A stretch of 64,000 bases of DNA, from positions 330 through 64,329 of the forward strand of contig JAJFGZ010000036.1 in the NCBI GenBank assembly GCA_021775855.1, in the 5' to 3' direction. The position numbers and the translations under genes were made by a program. Each line of letters opens with the position of its first letter. Within the stretch, counting starts at the first letter, position 1. This DNA comes from Hyphomicrobiales bacterium (GTDB taxonomy: Bacteria; Pseudomonadota; Alphaproteobacteria; Rhizobiales; NORP267). The notes under the pieces were generated by a model that did no database searches, was not told where the DNA came from, and worked only from the letters and a program-made list of their open reading frames with translations. Shown here one piece after another: positions 26,852-38,634 of this stretch.

Positions 26852-27361
26852 TCAAATAGCGATGACATCGATTTCGGCTGGAATTTCAACAATGATTGCC
26901 AGGCTGGAAACCCGGTGCAAATTTTTCATAATGTCGTCTCCGGCGTCGCCACCGTATCCGCGAAGACCTTCTTTCAGAATATTGTCCAACACCAACAAGT
27001 GCGCTTCGACCGCCCGCATCAGGCAGTTATTGGATTCTGGCGCCATTTCGATCAGGTCTTTGAGTGAATAGGCAACGTCTGTTCCTAACTGGCAGCCGAA
27101 ACTCGCCATGACATCCCCCAAATGCTGGGCGAGAGTGTTGATTTCGCTGCTGCAGTTTCTGCGCACTTCAATCGGTGGATGCCTCAAGAGCGTCACAACC
27201 GCGAGCCGCGCCCGAAGAGCTTCAATATCCTGGCGCGCATCGCATCGGAATTTCGAAGTTTCTTCAATGACTAGCGTTTCGGCTCTTTGCAGCATGGCCT
27301 TCAACTCAGCATCCGCTTCAGGGTCGACGTGCCATTCCACGTCAAATGCAGCTTGTTCCAT
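26852..27361 (-). CDS. Hypothetical acidic cytoplasmic protein (no family recognised)
   Basis: 169 aa with no TM segment or signal peptide. It looks helical and contains four Cys residues. It lies 109 nt downstream of ltaE on the same strand. The coding call rests only on ORF length and codon-like composition. Confidence 0.5.
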   Translation of the reverse strand: MEQAAFDVEWHVDPEADAELKAMLQRAETLVIEETSKFRCDARQDIEALRARLAVVTLLRHPPIEVRRNCSSEINTLAQHLGDVMASFGCQLGTDVAYSLKDLIEMAPESNNCLMRAVEAHLLVLDNILKEGLRGYGGDAGDDIMKNLHRVSSLAIIVEIPAEIDVIAI

Positions 27362-27470
27362 AACACCACTCGCATTTACTAGACCCCGGAAAGGCCAAAT
27401 AAAGTTAGGCTCCAGACATTAACAAACAATGTAAAGTTGTATTTACGTAGGGTTACACGTGAGCAGGCAA

Positions 27471-28526
27471 TTATCCGCCGACAATTGCCAAAAATTCATC
27501 GACCGATTTTTCAGGCGTCGACGGGGATGTTACCAGGCGGACAAGAATTTCATCCTGGCCGGTCTCGCTCTCCCGGCTTGGACCCGCCGTCATCCATGGA
27601 TGATAAATTGCACCCGCTGTTTTAAGTTTTTCGTGCCGGTCAACGGGTAAAACCGCAAAAACCTCGTTGGCTGAAACGGGCCAGACGAGGCGGGCATGGG
27701 TCGACCGGGATAGTCCGTCCGCCAGTTTCCCGGCCGTGCCGTTGGCCTGTCTCGCAAGATCGAGCCACAAATTATCAGCCAGATAGGCGAGCAATTGCGC
27801 CGCGAGAAACCGGCTTTTCGACATCAAAAGACCTCCACGCATGAGCCGTGAACCAAGTCCCTCGTGTGGCTTGCCATCGAAAAACAATAACGCGTCTGCC
27901 CCCATCACACCGTTTTTCGTGGCGCCGAACGAAAGCGCGTCGACCCCAGCCTTCCAGGTCATTTCGGCCGGGCTGCATCCGACACTTACGAGTGCGTTTG
28001 CAAACCGCGCGCCATCCATATGGGTAGCTAGCCCGTGGTCGCGGGCGATAGACGTTAGCTCTGCGATATGATCGAGCCCGTAAACCTGGCCAAATTCGGT
28101 CGCCTGGGTAATGCTCAACATGGCAGGCGTAGAACAATGCCCGGGGTTGGTCATGTGTATGTTGACAACGTCGGCGAACAGGCCAGGTTCGATAATCCCG
28201 CCATTTGCTGCAAGCGGCATGAGCTTGGCGCCGCCAGTGTAAAATTCCGACGCACCGCATTCATCGATATAGATATGGCTTTCATCGTGGCAGAAAAGCA
28301 TACCGTAGGGCGGGCAGTAGGCTGCGGCCGACAGCGCGTTGGCGGCGGTTCCCGTCGGCACCAGGTACATAGTCACATCGCATTCGAAGATTTCGCTGAA
28401 CCGAGCCTGCAGATCGCTCGTCAGATCATCCCCGCCATACGCCCCGGCAGCACCATCGTTCGCTGCTTGAAGTGCCTCCATAACAGGTTCGGCAACCCCC
28501 CAGACATTATCGCTTGCAAAATTCAT
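27471..28526 (-). CDS. ltaE: Low-specificity L-threonine aldolase (beta-eliminating lyase family)
   Basis: MNFASDNVWGVAEPVMEAL...YGGDDLT...TGTAANAL...SFGATKNG (PLP lysine). The ATG at 28526 overlaps the upstream stop by 1 nt (TGATG). Confidence 0.9.
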   Translation of the reverse strand: MNFASDNVWGVAEPVMEALQAANDGAAGAYGGDDLTSDLQARFSEIFECDVTMYLVPTGTAANALSAAAYCPPYGMLFCHDESHIYIDECGASEFYTGGAKLMPLAANGGIIEPGLFADVVNIHMTNPGHCSTPAMLSITQATEFGQVYGLDHIAELTSIARDHGLATHMDGARFANALVSVGCSPAEMTWKAGVDALSFGATKNGVMGADALLFFDGKPHEGLGSRLMRGGLLMSKSRFLAAQLLAYLADNLWLDLARQANGTAGKLADGLSRSTHARLVWPVSANEVFAVLPVDRHEKLKTAGAIYHPWMTAGPSRESETGQDEILVRLVTSPSTPEKSVDEFLAIVGG

Positions 28527-30448
28527 CAATCATCGTCCCCCATATCGATGCCGAGGCAAACGGCATAAAATTCATATTCCGCCAAGAGTGCCTGGACAAT
28601 CGTATCTGCGCCCCGGAAGCCATGCCCTTCTCCGGGAAACTCAATCAGTTTGGCGACAACGCCTTTGTCACGCAACACCTCGGCCATCATCCGTGATTGT
28701 TCAGGGGGCACTACCTTGTCGTCGAGCCCCTGCAGGAACAATACCGGACTGGTAATCCGGGCCGCCTGATGCAACGGCGAACGGTCGGTAAATTGGGGTT
28801 CGAGATTTGCCGGGCTGGTGCCGGTCAGGCCGTAGAGATACCCGGCCTCGAACTTGTGCGTCGTTGCCAGAAGGCGCGACAGGTCGGCGACACCGTAAGA
28901 TACGCACCCGGCGCGGAATGTCTGGCCGCTGACCAGCGCCATCAGAACGGTAAACCCGCCCGCACTGCCGCCCGAGATAAACAGGCCCTTGGGATCGCAT
29001 AATCCGGTATCGACCAATTGCGCGGCCACCATGAGCACATCCTCCGCATCCGCAACGCCCCATTGGCCATCGAGCGCGGTCCGATAGTCCCTGCCATAGC
29101 CTGTGCTGCCGCGATAATCCACGTCGAGATAGGCAAAACCCCGGCTCGTCCAATATTGAATTTTGAGTTTCAGTCCCCGGTCGGCGCCGCCGGTCGGTCC
29201 CCCATGGGCCGACAGTATAACCGGCGTTTTGTCCCCGTCAGGCCCCACATACCGGCTATTGCGGGGAGGATAATAGACCCCGTAAACCTCGCGCCCGTCG
29301 CCGGAAAATATCCGGGTTTTGCCGACCGATATATCACCGGGCTCAAGCGGAATGCCGCCTGGGCGATGAACCAGTGTCGAGACCCCATCCATGGTTATAC
29401 CGACGATTGCTGGCGCTACATGATCGTCAAATGCGATGGCCACTATCGAGCAGCCATCCGGCGCGGCTAATGGATCATGCAGCTGCCGGTGCGGTTGAGG
29501 GACCACCCGGACGGTGTCGTTTGCCGGATCGATCTGGACCAGTTCGTGCTCTCCCTCGCGTACGACGACCGCCGCTACCTGCCCATCGCTGAGAAGGGTG
29601 TAGCTCCGCGTCCCGAGCCCCCAGAGCGGGCGCAACAATTCACCTTCCAGGTCAGTAATCCGCCGCCCTTCTTTCGTCACGGGATTGTGGACGAAAAGAT
29701 CGCTCCAATTCCCCTGCTCCATCACGTAATAGAGCTGCCCGTCCGGCCCCCATTCCGGTTGGAACGCCGCTTGCCCGATACCGCCGGCAACTCTGGCGCT
29801 TGCACCCGGCACGCCGTCACCATCGAGCGGCGCGACATAGAGTTCCGCCGCCTCCCAGGGCATATGGGGAAGGTCCCATTGCAGCCATGCGAGCCAGTAT
29901 CCATCCGGGCAAATCCGTGGTGCGGCGTAGAAATCTTTGCCCCTACAAACCGGATTTGCGCCACTCTGGCCGACCCGTACAATAAAATTTTCCGGTGCCG
30001 GATCGTGGTCGCCAGTGTGCCGCTCGCCGACGGCATAAACGAAGTCGCGACCGGGATCATGGTCGCCATCGGCAAAGCGGATATCCGGTGCGTTGGAAAA
30101 CTGTTCTGGACCATTTTCAGTAATCCGGAATATCTCCTGATCCGCTGCGTTGATAAAAAACACATCCCCACCACGCCCGGCAAATAGTGCTCCCCCGCCA
30201 TATTCGTGGACATTGGACCGGGCGGAATAGCCTTGGTCGAGCAAATCGATAAGTTTGCCCGATTGAGATCGCGTTACGATGGCGCAGCGTCCACCCTCAT
30301 CAGGCCTTGATTCGATCCAGAAAATACCGGGCGCGCCGTCGCCAGTATTCCCGATAACGGGCGCCCCCAGGCGGATGGACCCACCAGCCACCTGACGGCC
30401 ACTGATCGGCGATGTCCACGCCCCGTAAGGGTGTAATTTTGCCGCCAT
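28526..30448 (-). CDS. S9 family serine peptidase (prolyl oligopeptidase / dipeptidyl aminopeptidase type)
   Basis: ORF 28526..30568, with a likely start at MAAKLHPYGAWTSPISG (30448). Beta-propeller N-terminal half. Catalytic Ser block ISGGSAGGF. C-terminal ...FPGEGHGF. Confidence 0.88.
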   Translation of the reverse strand: MAAKLHPYGAWTSPISGRQVAGGSIRLGAPVIGNTGDGAPGIFWIESRPDEGGRCAIVTRSQSGKLIDLLDQGYSARSNVHEYGGGALFAGRGGDVFFINAADQEIFRITENGPEQFSNAPDIRFADGDHDPGRDFVYAVGERHTGDHDPAPENFIVRVGQSGANPVCRGKDFYAAPRICPDGYWLAWLQWDLPHMPWEAAELYVAPLDGDGVPGASARVAGGIGQAAFQPEWGPDGQLYYVMEQGNWSDLFVHNPVTKEGRRITDLEGELLRPLWGLGTRSYTLLSDGQVAAVVVREGEHELVQIDPANDTVRVVPQPHRQLHDPLAAPDGCSIVAIAFDDHVAPAIVGITMDGVSTLVHRPGGIPLEPGDISVGKTRIFSGDGREVYGVYYPPRNSRYVGPDGDKTPVILSAHGGPTGGADRGLKLKIQYWTSRGFAYLDVDYRGSTGYGRDYRTALDGQWGVADAEDVLMVAAQLVDTGLCDPKGLFISGGSAGGFTVLMALVSGQTFRAGCVSYGVADLSRLLATTHKFEAGYLYGLTGTSPANLEPQFTDRSPLHQAARITSPVLFLQGLDDKVVPPEQSRMMAEVLRDKGVVAKLIEFPGEGHGFRGADTIVQALLAEYEFYAVCLGIDMGDDD

Positions 30449-30825
30449 GCCTGTCCCCGTCTGGATGTGGATGTTGTCGTATTCCCCATATTGAATGTCC
30501 TTGCCCGGCTTGTGCAAGGCCTGCTTTTCTGGCATGTTAACGGTTAATAGGACAGTCAGGCTGTCCAATTTTCAAGGCTGCAATTCCTAACCGTCATTTT
30601 GGCAGGAATGAAAGCGGCGATCGCAATATTGTTTGGCGCGGCTTTGGGCCGCGCGGCAATATGGGCTGGTATTTTCAGCACAAAAACTGCGATACAGGCC
30701 TTGAACGCATCTCTTTTGGGGGTGCTTTTCTGACATCGGTGGTCCTGGACCCCGCCCTGTACGGCAGCGAGACATGCCAGCAGAGCAACGGGACAGTCGC
30801 CCTTGCGGTAACGGGAGAATTTGGG

Positions 30826-33800
30826 ATGAGTGATCGTAGAAAGATTGTCGCGGACGCGGCACGGCACGGCCTTTACCGCCCACAAAAAGAACACGATTCC
30901 TGCGGTGTCGGTTTTATTGCCAGTCTTGACGGCAACAAGTCCCATAAAATTGTCAAAGACGGCCTTCAGATGCTGCTCAACCTCACCCACCGGGGTGCAG
31001 TGGGTGCCGACCCGACTGCAGGCGACGGCGCTGGAATGCTGGTGCAGATTCCCGACCGGTTTTTCCGAGAGGAGTGCGCCGGGCTAGGCATCGAATTGCC
31101 CGAAGCTGGTGATTATGGCATCGGCTATATGTTTATGCCCCGCGATACCGCACTGCGCACGAAGATCGAAAAAATCACCGCCGATGTGGCATCCGAAGAG
31201 GGACAGGTCTTTCTTGGATGGCGCGACGTTCCAACCGACAATAGCTGCCTCGGTGATTTGGTCCGCGCCTCTGAACCTGTCCACCGCCAGTTTTTCATCG
31301 CCCGCGGCGACGGCATTGAAGGCGACGATGAATTTGAGCGCCGGCTGTATATCCTGCGCAAGGTCATCTCAGCGCGCGCCATTGCGCTCGGCGAAGACGG
31401 CGTCAGCGAATTTTACACGGTCTCGCTCTCCAGCCGCACCGTGGTCTACAAGGGCATGTTCCTGTCAGCCCAGCTTGGCGCCTATTACAGTGACCTGAAC
31501 GACGCGCGGTTCGTGTCCGCACTCGCCCTCGTGCACCAACGCTTTTCAACCAACACCTTCCCGAGTTGGCCGCTCGCGCATCCCTACCGGATGATCGCTC
31601 ATAACGGCGAGATCAACACCATGCGCGGCAACGTCAACTGGATGGCAGCGCGGCAGGCGAGCGTCACCTCCGAGAAATATGGTGAAAATATATCGAAGCT
31701 CTGGCCGGTTTCATACGAAGGCCAGTCGGACACCGCGTGTTTCGACAACGCGCTCGAATTTTTGTTGCGCGGCGGATACCCGCTTGTGCACGCCATGATG
31801 ATGCTGATCCCCGAAGCCTGGGCTGGCAACCCGCTGATGGACAACGACCGGAGGGCTTTTTACGAGTACCATGCGGCCCTGATGGAACCCTGGGATGGGC
31901 CGGCTGCGGTGGCCTTCACTGACGGCAAGCAGATCGGCGCAACGCTCGACCGCAACGGCTTGCGTCCCGCCCGCTACCTGGTCACCAAAGGCGGCCTTGT
32001 GGTCATGTCGTCAGAAGCTGGCGTACTCGATATCCCCGAAGAAGAGATCGTCAAGAAATGGCGGCTCCAGCCGGGTAAGATGCTGTTGATCGATCTGGAA
32101 TCAAACCGCATCATTTCAGATGAGGAAATCAAGGCAACGCTCGCCGAGCGATACCCCTATCAGGAATGGCTGGACAATACCCAGATCATCCTCGAAGACC
32201 TGGCACCTGTCATGCGCGAACCGGCGCGCACAAACGTCCCCATTCTCGACCGCCAGCAGGCGTTCGGCTATTCCCGGGAAGATATCCAATTGCTTCTCGC
32301 GCCGATGGCCCTGACCGGTCAGGAGGCGATCGGATCCATGGGAACCGACACGCCGATCTCGGCCCTGTCCCGAAAATCGAAGCTGCTTTACACCTATTTC
32401 AAGCAGAATTTCGCGCAGGTTACCAACCCACCGATTGACCCGATCCGCGAAGAACTGGTCATGAGCCTGGTTTCTTTTATCGGACCTCGCCCGAACCTTC
32501 TCGACCTTAAGGGGTCATCCGGAAGCAAGCGGCTGGAAGTCCGCCAACCGGTCCTCACCAATGACGACCTGGAGAAAATCCGCCAGATCGGCGATATCGG
32601 TGACAACCAGTTTATGACCCAAACCCTGGACATTACCTATTCCCTGGCAAAGGGCTCCGAGGGCATGAAGGGTGCGCTCGAAGAATTGTGTCGCCGTTCA
32701 GAGCGGGCCGTGGCAAACGGATACAATATTATCATCCTTTCGGACCGGCTCGTTGGCCCGGACCGGATCGCGATCCCTGCCTTGCTGGCGACGGCGGCCG
32801 TTCACCACCATCTAATCCGCAAGGGTTTGCGCACCTCGGTCGGCCTGGTTGTCGAGACCGGGGAAGCCCGCGAGGTCCACCATTTTTGTGTCCTCGCCGG
32901 CTACGGCGCTGAAGCCATCAACCCCTATCTGGCGTTCGAGACCATGATCAAGATGCGCTCGATCCTGACCGAGCCGGTCCCCGAAGATGAGGTCGTCAAA
33001 CGCTACATCAAGGGCGTCAACAAAGGCATCCTGAAGGTCATGTCCAAGATGGGCATTTCCACCTACCAGTCTTATTGCGGCGCCCAGATTTTTGACGCCG
33101 TTGGCCTCAATTCGCGGTTCGTGGACGAATATTTCTTCGGCACCGCAACAACCATCGAGGGTGCCGGTCTGGATGAAATTGCGTCGGAGACCGTTGCCCG
33201 CCACCGGTCCGCTTTTGGCGAAGACCCGGTCCTGCGCTCGGCGCTCGAAATCGGCGGCGAATATGCCTACCGGATGCGCGGCGAAGACCATATCTGGTCG
33301 CCGGACGCGATCGCCGATCTGCAGCACGCCGTGCGCGGCAACTCCGCCGACCGGTACAAGGTATTCGCCGAGCGGATCAACAACGAGCTTGGCCGCAACA
33401 TGACGATCCGGGGCCTGTTCGAGATCAAAGAGACAGACAACAAGCCAGTCCCCATCGAGGAAGTTGAAGCCGCGGTAGACATCGTCAAGCGCTTCTCGAC
33501 CGGTGCCATGTCGTACGGTTCGATCAGCCACGAAGCCCACACGACGTTGGCGATCGCCATGAACCGGATCGGCGGCAAGTCGAATACCGGTGAAGGCGGC
33601 GAGGAAGCTGAGCGCTTCACGCCGCTTGCAAACGGTGATTCCATGCGCTCGGCCATCAAACAGGTCGCTTCGGGGCGGTTCGGCGTCACCACCGAATACC
33701 TGACCAACGCCGACATGATCCAGATTAAAATGGCGCAGGGTGCCAAGCCTGGCGAAGGCGGTCAGCTGCCCGGCCATAAGGTCGACGCAGTCATCGCCAA

Positions 33801-35466
33801 GGTCCGCCATTCGACCCAGGGTGTCGGCCTGATCTCGCCGCCCCCACATCACGATATCTATTCGATCGAGGATCTGGCGCAATTGATTTTCGATCTCAAG
33901 AATACCAACCCAAGGGCTGACATCTCGGTCAAACTGGTCTCGGAAGTGGGTGTCGGTACGGTAGCCGCGGGCGTTACCAAGGCACGCGCCGACCATATTA
34001 CGATTTCAGGTTATGACGGAGGCACAGGCGCCTCGCCGCTGACCTCGATCAAGCATGCTGGCAGCCCATGGGAAATCGGCCTGTCTGAAACCCACCAGAC
34101 ACTAGTCCTGAACGACCTTCGTGGGCGGGTCGCGTTGCAGGTCGATGGTGGATTACGGACTGGCCGGGACGTGGTCATCGGCGCCATGCTTGGCGCAGAC
34201 GAGTTCGGCTTCGCCACCGCACCGCTGATCGCCGCCGGGTGCATCATGATGCGCAAGTGTCACCTCAACACCTGCCCCGTCGGGGTCGCGACCCAGGACC
34301 CGGTATTACGCAAACGCTTCCGGGGACAGCCTGAACACGTCATCAATTACCTGTTCTTTGTCGCCGAAGAAATCCGCGAATTGATGGCCCGGATGGGCAT
34401 GCGGTCCTTCAACGAATTGATCGGGCGTGTCGACCTGCTCGACAAGCGGGCCGTGATTGAACACGCCAAGTCGCAGGGCCTGGATTTTTCCAGGCTGTTC
34501 CACAAGCCTGACGTCGGCCCGGAAATCGCCGCATACAATTCTTCCAAACAGGACCACCCGATCCACGACATTATCGATCGGGAACTGATCAGGCAGGCCG
34601 CCCGAGCCCTTGATCACGGGGAACCGGTCAAGATCACCATGCCGATTTCAAATACAGACCGGACGACCGGCGCGATGCTCTCGGGCGAAATCGCAAAACG
34701 CTACGGCCATGCCGGATTGCCCGACAACACCATTCAAGTCTGTTTCGAAGGCACGGCCGGGCAGAGCTTCGGCGCCTTTGTTGCCTCCGGTGTCACCCTC
34801 GATCTGGTGGGGGAAGGCAACGATTATGTGGGCAAGGGCCTCTCCGGCGGCCGCCTGATCGTGCGACCCAGCGAAAAGTCCGGCATTGTCCCGGAAGATT
34901 CGATCATCGTTGGCAACACGGTTCTCTATGGTGCAATCAACGGAGAATGTTATTTCCGCGGCATTGCAGGCGAACGGTTTGCGGTCCGCAATTCGGGCGC
35001 GACCGTTGTTGTCGAAGGCACCGGGGACCATGGGTGCGAATACATGACCGGCGGCATCGTCGTGGTAATCGGGCCAACAGGGCGCAATTTCGCTGCCGGC
35101 ATGTCCGGCGGGATCGCTTATGTACTGGATGAAGCCGGCGACTTCGCGACCCGCTGCAATCTCTCGATGGTCGAACTGGAGCCCGTTGAAGAGGAAGACG
35201 TACTGCTTGAGCGCCATCTGCATAGCGGCGGTGATCTGGAATCCAAGGGACGGGTTGATGTCTCGGGTGATATGACCCGGTTTGACGAAGAACGCCTGCG
35301 CCAGTTTATCACCAGTCATTTGCGCTATACAGGCTCGGCCAAAGCCAAAACCATTCTTGATAATTGGGACGAATACCGCCCCAAATTCGTTAAAATCATG
35401 CCGGTTGAATACCGCCGCGCGCTCCGTGAAATGGCCGAAGCACATCACGGCGTAGCGGCGGAATAA
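30826..35466 (+). CDS. gltB: Glutamate synthase (NADPH) large subunit
   Basis: ORF 30661..35466. The real start is MSDRRKIV...[11 protein letters not shown] (ATG 30826, with GGGAG as SD). Ntn amidotransferase Cys, plus central, FMN and GXGXG domains, at full length. Confidence 0.97.
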   Translation: MSDRRKIVADAARHGLYRPQKEHDSCGVGFIASLDGNKSHKIVKDGLQMLLNLTHRGAVGADPTAGDGAGMLVQIPDRFFREECAGLGIELPEAGDYGIGYMFMPRDTALRTKIEKITADVASEEGQVFLGWRDVPTDNSCLGDLVRASEPVHRQFFIARGDGIEGDDEFERRLYILRKVISARAIALGEDGVSEFYTVSLSSRTVVYKGMFLSAQLGAYYSDLNDARFVSALALVHQRFSTNTFPSWPLAHPYRMIAHNGEINTMRGNVNWMAARQASVTSEKYGENISKLWPVSYEGQSDTACFDNALEFLLRGGYPLVHAMMMLIPEAWAGNPLMDNDRRAFYEYHAALMEPWDGPAAVAFTDGKQIGATLDRNGLRPARYLVTKGGLVVMSSEAGVLDIPEEEIVKKWRLQPGKMLLIDLESNRIISDEEIKATLAERYPYQEWLDNTQIILEDLAPVMREPARTNVPILDRQQAFGYSREDIQLLLAPMALTGQEAIGSMGTDTPISALSRKSKLLYTYFKQNFAQVTNPPIDPIREELVMSLVSFIGPRPNLLDLKGSSGSKRLEVRQPVLTNDDLEKIRQIGDIGDNQFMTQTLDITYSLAKGSEGMKGALEELCRRSERAVANGYNIIILSDRLVGPDRIAIPALLATAAVHHHLIRKGLRTSVGLVVETGEAREVHHFCVLAGYGAEAINPYLAFETMIKMRSILTEPVPEDEVVKRYIKGVNKGILKVMSKMGISTYQSYCGAQIFDAVGLNSRFVDEYFFGTATTIEGAGLDEIASETVARHRSAFGEDPVLRSALEIGGEYAYRMRGEDHIWSPDAIADLQHAVRGNSADRYKVFAERINNELGRNMTIRGLFEIKETDNKPVPIEEVEAAVDIVKRFSTGAMSYGSISHEAHTTLAIAMNRIGGKSNTGEGGEEAERFTPLANGDSMRSAIKQVASGRFGVTTEYLTNADMIQIKMAQGAKPGEGGQLPGHKVDAVIAKVRHSTQGVGLISPPPHHDIYSIEDLAQLIFDLKNTNPRADISVKLVSEVGVGTVAAGVTKARADHITISGYDGGTGASPLTSIKHAGSPWEIGLSETHQTLVLNDLRGRVALQVDGGLRTGRDVVIGAMLGADEFGFATAPLIAAGCIMMRKCHLNTCPVGVATQDPVLRKRFRGQPEHVINYLFFVAEEIRELMARMGMRSFNELIGRVDLLDKRAVIEHAKSQGLDFSRLFHKPDVGPEIAAYNSSKQDHPIHDIIDRELIRQAARALDHGEPVKITMPISNTDRTTGAMLSGEIAKRYGHAGLPDNTIQVCFEGTAGQSFGAFVASGVTLDLVGEGNDYVGKGLSGGRLIVRPSEKSGIVPEDSIIVGNTVLYGAINGECYFRGIAGERFAVRNSGATVVVEGTGDHGCEYMTGGIVVVIGPTGRNFAAGMSGGIAYVLDEAGDFATRCNLSMVELEPVEEEDVLLERHLHSGGDLESKGRVDVSGDMTRFDEERLRQFITSHLRYTGSAKAKTILDNWDEYRPKFVKIMPVEYRRALREMAEAHHGVAAE

Positions 35467-35484
35467 GGATAGTCAGGAGAAATT

Positions 35485-36909
35485 ATGGGAAAAGTCACCG
35501 GCTTTCTGGAAATCGATCGACGCGCGCGCAAATACCAGCCCGCGAGTGACCGGATACGGCATTACCGCGAGTTCCTGCTACCGCTCGCCGAACGCGACAC
35601 CCAGGAGCAGGCCGCCCGCTGTATGGATTGCGGCATCCCTTTTTGCCACGGCCCCACTGGCTGCCCGGTTCACAATCAGATCCCAGACTGGAACGATCTG
35701 GTCTATCACGGCGACTGGGAGATCGCGTCCCGCAACCTGCATTCGACGAACAATTTTCCTGAATTTACAGGCCGCATCTGCCCCGCACCGTGCGAAGAAG
35801 CGTGCACGTTGAATATCGAGGATTCGCCCGTTGCGATCAAAAACATCGAGCAGGCGATTGCCGACAAGGCATGGGAAAACGGCTGGATTTCGCCGGAACC
35901 CCCAACCACCAGGACTGACAAGAAGATCGCAATCATCGGATCCGGTCCGAGCGGCATGGCCGCCGCCCAGCAACTCACCCGCGCCGGGCACGAGGTCCAT
36001 GTCTTCGAGAAGAATGCCCGCCCCGGCGGTCTGTTGCGGTACGGCATTCCGGATTTCAAGCTGGAGAAACACCAGATCACCCGGCGTGTCGAACAAATGG
36101 AAGCCGAGGGCACCATATTCCATTGCGATGTTCACATCGGCGTCGACCGTAAGATTTCAGAGGTTGTTGACGAATTCGACGCCGTGCTGCTGGCAGGTGG
36201 ATCCGAACAGCCGCGCAACCTCGAGGTCGAAGGCCACGACCTCAACGGTATTCATTTTGCGATGGATTTCCTTCCCCAGCAGAACCGCCGGATCGCCGGC
36301 GAGCAACTCGGCGGGATTGAACCCATCCATGCGAGCGGCAAGCATGTGGTCGTGATCGGCGGCGGCGATACCGGATCGGACTGTATCGGAACGTCGATCC
36401 GCCAGGGGGCTATCTCGGTCACCCAACTGGAAATTCTGTCCATGCCGCCGGTCAAGGAGGTCAAGGATCTGAGCTGGCCACACTGGCCAATGAGACTGCG
36501 TACATCGTCCAGCCAGGCCGAAGGCGCCAACCGGGAGTGGAGCGTTCTCACCGAAAGCTATTCGGGCCGCGGTGGACACGTGGAACGGCTGCATTGCGTG
36601 CGTGTTGACGAAAAATTCCAGCCAATCAAGGAGTCCGCTTTTGAAATGCGGGCCGACCTGGTTCTGATCGCCATGGGGTTTGTGCATCCGGTCCATGCCG
36701 GCATGATCAGCGATCTGGGGACCAACCTCGACGCGCACAAAAATGTGGCCGCCAACGACCGCGACTATAGAACGTCGGTCGACAAGGTGTTTGCCGCGGG
36801 CGACATGCGCAGGGGTCAATCGCTGATAGTCTGGGCAATCCGCGAAGGCCGCCAGGCCGCCCACGCCATCGATAATTGGCTGATGGGCGAGACCATTCTG
36901 CCACGCTAG
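35485..36909 (+). CDS. gltD: Glutamate synthase (NADPH) small subunit
   Basis: 474 aa. Fe-S cysteines CMDCGIPFC and CPAPCEEAC. Dinucleotide folds [14 protein letters not shown] and [13 protein letters not shown]. Confidence 0.96.
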   Translation: MGKVTGFLEIDRRARKYQPASDRIRHYREFLLPLAERDTQEQAARCMDCGIPFCHGPTGCPVHNQIPDWNDLVYHGDWEIASRNLHSTNNFPEFTGRICPAPCEEACTLNIEDSPVAIKNIEQAIADKAWENGWISPEPPTTRTDKKIAIIGSGPSGMAAAQQLTRAGHEVHVFEKNARPGGLLRYGIPDFKLEKHQITRRVEQMEAEGTIFHCDVHIGVDRKISEVVDEFDAVLLAGGSEQPRNLEVEGHDLNGIHFAMDFLPQQNRRIAGEQLGGIEPIHASGKHVVVIGGGDTGSDCIGTSIRQGAISVTQLEILSMPPVKEVKDLSWPHWPMRLRTSSSQAEGANREWSVLTESYSGRGGHVERLHCVRVDEKFQPIKESAFEMRADLVLIAMGFVHPVHAGMISDLGTNLDAHKNVAANDRDYRTSVDKVFAAGDMRRGQSLIVWAIREGRQAAHAIDNWLMGETILPR

Positions 36910-36918
36910 AAATTCAAT

Positions 36919-38124
36919 TTAGAGTGGAGGTGAGTCTACTCCGCCAACATCCATCGCCGGAGGCGGCCAGGAGAAATCGTCCGCCCGCCCGGTAAGTGGT
37001 ATTGGACTGGTTCCAAGATCCGCCAACCTCGCACCTGAGCCTATCCCACGGCGATCCTCTTGTGGTGAATCGGCTCCGGTCAATACCGGACTGCCAATGC
37101 CCGGGACCGGCGAGGTTAGTGAAATTTCCACGCCCAGAAGATCCCGCCGTTCGTCAAACGATACATTTGAATATTCTTCAACTTCGATCGCCGCCACAAT
37201 CCGACCTTCGCCAAGCCGGGGGCGTAGTTCCTGTTCGACAAAATAGGCGAGCTTGAGATTACCCTGGCGGGTCAAATGGATGCCGTTATCGTTGCGCATC
37301 CGCCGTGCCCGCCCGTTCACATCCGGTCCGCTGGAATTGTATCTTCCGTCGGCATCGGCAAACCTATTCCAGGTTTCGACAAATATAGCGCTCACGCGGT
37401 TGGATTGTTGTTCATAAAGATCGTTCAGAAACGATATGTCCTGCCCGTAACTGGAGCTGCGCATGATTGGCATGCCAACCCAAATGATGGGGATGTTGCG
37501 CGCAGCGACCTGATTGAGAATGTTCTGGACCCTGCCCTCGTAGATTCCCAGCCATTTCTGGGTGCGCAATTCCGCGCCGTCTGATCCCCGGATATCCTGA
37601 CGGTCGTTGGACCCGATCATGATCACGACAGCAGCCGGATTGTCCTCTGCGAGGATTGCCGGCAATTCCGCGATCCAGTCATAAAAATCGTGCCGCACAA
37701 TCCCGGATCCGGGCTTTGTCCGGTTTGAAATTACTATATCCGGCGCCTCTGCAAACAGCGTCTCCAGTCCCCTTGAAAGCCCACTTCCCATGGCATCGCC
37801 AATCACCACAACATTTCGTGCTGTCTCAACTTTTTCGACGGCCTCAGGAGCCGCTGGCGCGCTGTCGCTGGAACGGCGCGCAGGTGTCGATCGGCGCGTG
37901 CGAATGGTGGGCCGGGAACCTTCCGGCCGCGTTCTTGGACGCCCGAATAATAATTCGAAAAGTCCCTGGACCTGAATGATGTTGGAACCAATCAGGGGTT
38001 TAGGCGGGACAAAAGGCGTCGCGCTGGAATCTTCCGTTCCAACGACTACGAGAATGGCCAGCGCGGCCAGGCTCAAAACCATACAACGCTTCAGCTTCGT
38101 GGCTATTGATTCAAGTGGTGTCAT
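36919..38124 (-). CDS. DUF459 / SGNH-hydrolase-fold protein, paralog A (GDS serine replaced: GDAMG)
   Basis: ORF 36919..38154 opens with a TTG at 38154. The first ATG gives MTPLESIATKLKRCMVLSLAALAILVV at 38124. SGNH blocks are VVVIGDAMGSG (block I with Ala), IGSNDRQD and DNGIHLT. The C-terminus is P/G/S-rich. Confidence 0.85.
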   Translation of the reverse strand: MTPLESIATKLKRCMVLSLAALAILVVVGTEDSSATPFVPPKPLIGSNIIQVQGLFELLFGRPRTRPEGSRPTIRTRRSTPARRSSDSAPAAPEAVEKVETARNVVVIGDAMGSGLSRGLETLFAEAPDIVISNRTKPGSGIVRHDFYDWIAELPAILAEDNPAAVVIMIGSNDRQDIRGSDGAELRTQKWLGIYEGRVQNILNQVAARNIPIIWVGMPIMRSSSYGQDISFLNDLYEQQSNRVSAIFVETWNRFADADGRYNSSGPDVNGRARRMRNDNGIHLTRQGNLKLAYFVEQELRPRLGEGRIVAAIEVEEYSNVSFDERRDLLGVEISLTSPVPGIGSPVLTGADSPQEDRRGIGSGARLADLGTSPIPLTGRADDFSWPPPAMDVGGVDSPPL

Positions 38125-38204
38125 ATCCTGACCGGGTAGCAGTTGATGGGCCAATTCAACAGTATAAACTGGGCCGGAATTGGGCGGTTTTTAACATTGC
38201 CGGC

Positions 38205-38621
38205 CTAGTCCGCGCAACCGGGTTCAGGTGCCAATGTTTCTGTCTGATCGTCAAATCCCGATCCCGACGGTACCATGTCACTGATCGTGCATTCCATCTG
38301 TTTCCAAGTCACATATTGCCAGTTTTCGACCTGCGCCCGGATCCCGGCGAAAAAATAGTCCAGCTTCAAACCGCTCATCTTCTGGTGCCACTCGCCCGCA
38401 TAATCGACGACCGTATCTTCGAGTTCACCTGGCGGTAATCCCCGGACTTCCTGGAGGAATAAATTCGACATCAGAGCAGCCATCACGAAAACCGCGAGGC
38501 ACATGCCGAGAAATAAACCGCGTATAGTACGGCCCGTAATTGCCCGTGTAACGTCACCTTTTCCGGGCGCCGGAAAACCGTCAAAGTCATACCCGTACTT
38601 GGTATCCTGATTGTCTGACAT
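38205..38621 (-). CDS. Hypothetical single-pass membrane protein in the MBOAT cluster
   Basis: The credible part of ORF 38205..38708 starts at MSDNQDTKYGYD (38621). One TM segment (IRGLFLGMCLAVFVMAALMSNLFL) is followed by about 85 aa of extracytoplasmic sequence. No family recognised. Confidence 0.6.
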   Translation of the reverse strand: MSDNQDTKYGYDFDGFPAPGKGDVTRAITGRTIRGLFLGMCLAVFVMAALMSNLFLQEVRGLPPGELEDTVVDYAGEWHQKMSGLKLDYFFAGIRAQVENWQYVTWKQMECTISDMVPSGSGFDDQTETLAPEPGCAD

Positions 38622-38634
38622 TTCTTTTCCCGCG

